DNA from: a virus
Taxonomy: Duplodnaviria > Caudoviricetes
Reading direction: 5' to 3' (one strand)
DNA: 64,000 nucleotides
Virus record (IMG/VR): IMGVR_UViG_3300001869_000005
Location: 1 to 64,000 of that record
This document shows positions 62,481 to 64,000 of the stretch, one piece after another (within the stretch, counting starts at the first letter, position 1; each line of letters starts with the position of its first letter). The notes beneath the pieces were generated by a model. The model was not told the DNA's origin. It made no database searches and saw nothing but the letters and a program-made list of their open reading frames with translations. The position numbers and the translations under genes were made by a program.

Positions 62481-64000
62481 TTATTTTACACAGTTAATTG
62501 CATGTTCTTTTTGTTCTTGAGTTAAAGCGTCAAATGATTCGGGAGTAAACCCTTCTTTCATAAGAGGACCTTTTAAAAAACTTTCAAGATTTGCAAAGTT
62601 AGGTATTTTTTCTGACATTTCCTAATTTTTTGGAACATTTGTTTTACTATTTTTGAAATCAGTTGCTTTTTCACCAAAACTACCCATTAAACTTGGATCT
62701 AAATCCAATTCAAAGTCGAGAAGAGGAGAAGAAGAAGTACTTTTAGAGGTTAATTCATCAATTTTTTCAACAGGAACATTCTGTTTATGAACATCTCCGT
62801 TTGTTTTATAGGCTAATGTGTTCACATTCAATATAGACCCATCTTGAACTTTCCACTCCTGTTCATTAATTTTATGATCTTGTATGAATGTGGGGCCAAA
62901 TTTACCAGCAACACCATCTCTAATATAAGCTAAATCTACAATGGGTTTAATTTTAACCGCAGACATGATTAAATTATTATCTTCGTCAACAACAAACCCA
63001 TTATCTACAAAATATTTATCTCCTTTATAAGTTACTTCAGTTCCTTTAATCACACTCTCAGATTCAACTACTGGCTTGGGTTTTAAAGGAGTTGGTTTCT
63101 TATACAAAGTCTTATTAGTATCCAAACTAGGGGCTACAAAATCAATAGGAGTCCCTGATGGAGTTTTAGCCTATAGATAGAACCACACACCCTTTACACC
63201 TGATTTGACCATAGCAGTCTTTAAAATGTTACTATCATAGATCTTCTCATTGTATCCAGGAGAATTAATCTAACTTGCATCTACGTTGAATAGAATGTTA
63301 TTCTTATACAAGGATTCATAAATCTAATCTTTGATAGAGTCAACATCATTTCTAACTAACTTCTTTGCAGGATAGACCTTATTTGGGTTTTTATCTTGTT
63401 TAGTTAAATAAATCCTATCTGCTTTCTATAATTCTCTATATACACCATCTTCCCCTAAATCTTCCCGTCTAATAATAAGGGTAGTTTTATCTTCACTTAA
63501 ACCAATATGAATTGCCTATTTATTTTGACTAATACTCTAGCCATTCTCATCCTTTTTACTTTCGCCTAAGAATAATGCTTTAGATAATTCATTGTATCCT
63601 TCAGTAGCATCTTCAGGTTGACGAGTATTTGCCAATATATCAACCGCTTTTTCAATCTATTGAAACATTGGGTTAGCCTATGTTGTTACATCTGCTCTGT
63701 TGAACTCCTCTTTATTAAAAGTTTTAATGGTTAAAGGAACAGACGCATAATTACCATCACCCATCAATTCGTGCATATAAACCATTCCTGGTTTTGTTGG
63801 AGGAATTATCTTATTTATACTAACATGTGGATGGTTAAAATAAAAGCTTAATCCCTTAGATGCAATAGAGAATACTAATTTAGTTTTATCTACACCCTTT
63901 TTAGGATCATTTAAATCTGTATCATTACCTCTATCCTATTCAACATATCCACCATTGACCTAACCAACTACACCTGTCTCAGTAATTTTACCTGTTTCAG
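62481..64000 (-). CDS. Large virion cargo protein, C-terminal part (partial), TAG-recoded
   Basis: Frame of 62622-63125 continues through TAG codons to TAA 62481 and upstream towards the window edge. Confidence 0.8.

Noticed and set aside
62596-62630. Fifth host promoter (TAACTTTG) upstream of the RNAP gene
   Set aside because: Lies inside a coding region and lacks a -33 TTTG at the proper spacing; may be chance

Overview
About 64 kb of an AT-rich crAss-like bacteriophage (Crassvirales-type) genome. The host is probably Bacteroidota, judged from TAnnTTTG/TTTG promoters, a Gly-resume tmRNA tag and the tRNA body. The genome uses a split genetic code. Minus-strand genes (terminase with a LAGLIDADG intein, HU-like, Dps-like, a putative holin, and three giant virion RNA-polymerase/cargo genes) are broken by in-frame TAG codons and become single long ORFs when TAG is read as a sense codon (most likely Gln). 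A tRNA-Gln-like amber suppressor (CUA) is encoded at 7782-7857. The plus-strand early/replication block (about 12.6-51.4 kb) needs no recoding and uses TAG as a stop only once among the called ORFs; readthrough there fuses two genes in frame. This block holds many small hypothetical genes, a tmRNA, several unannotated structured ncRNA candidates, an RNA-repair module, SF2 and DnaB helicases, SSB, primase, a phiEco32-like amidoligase/ATP-grasp/amidotransferase cluster, UDG, nucleases, a membrane aspartic protease, family A DNA polymerase and an apparently inactivated ThyX. The strongest novelty candidates are a promoter-to-terminator unit with a ~330-nt non-coding leader followed by two tandem DUF559 nucleases, the amber-dependent gene fusion, a recoded intein, a possible compact ROOL-like RNA, and GAA-triloop DNA hairpins in the divergence region. 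All family assignments are by-eye motif recognition, not database searches.
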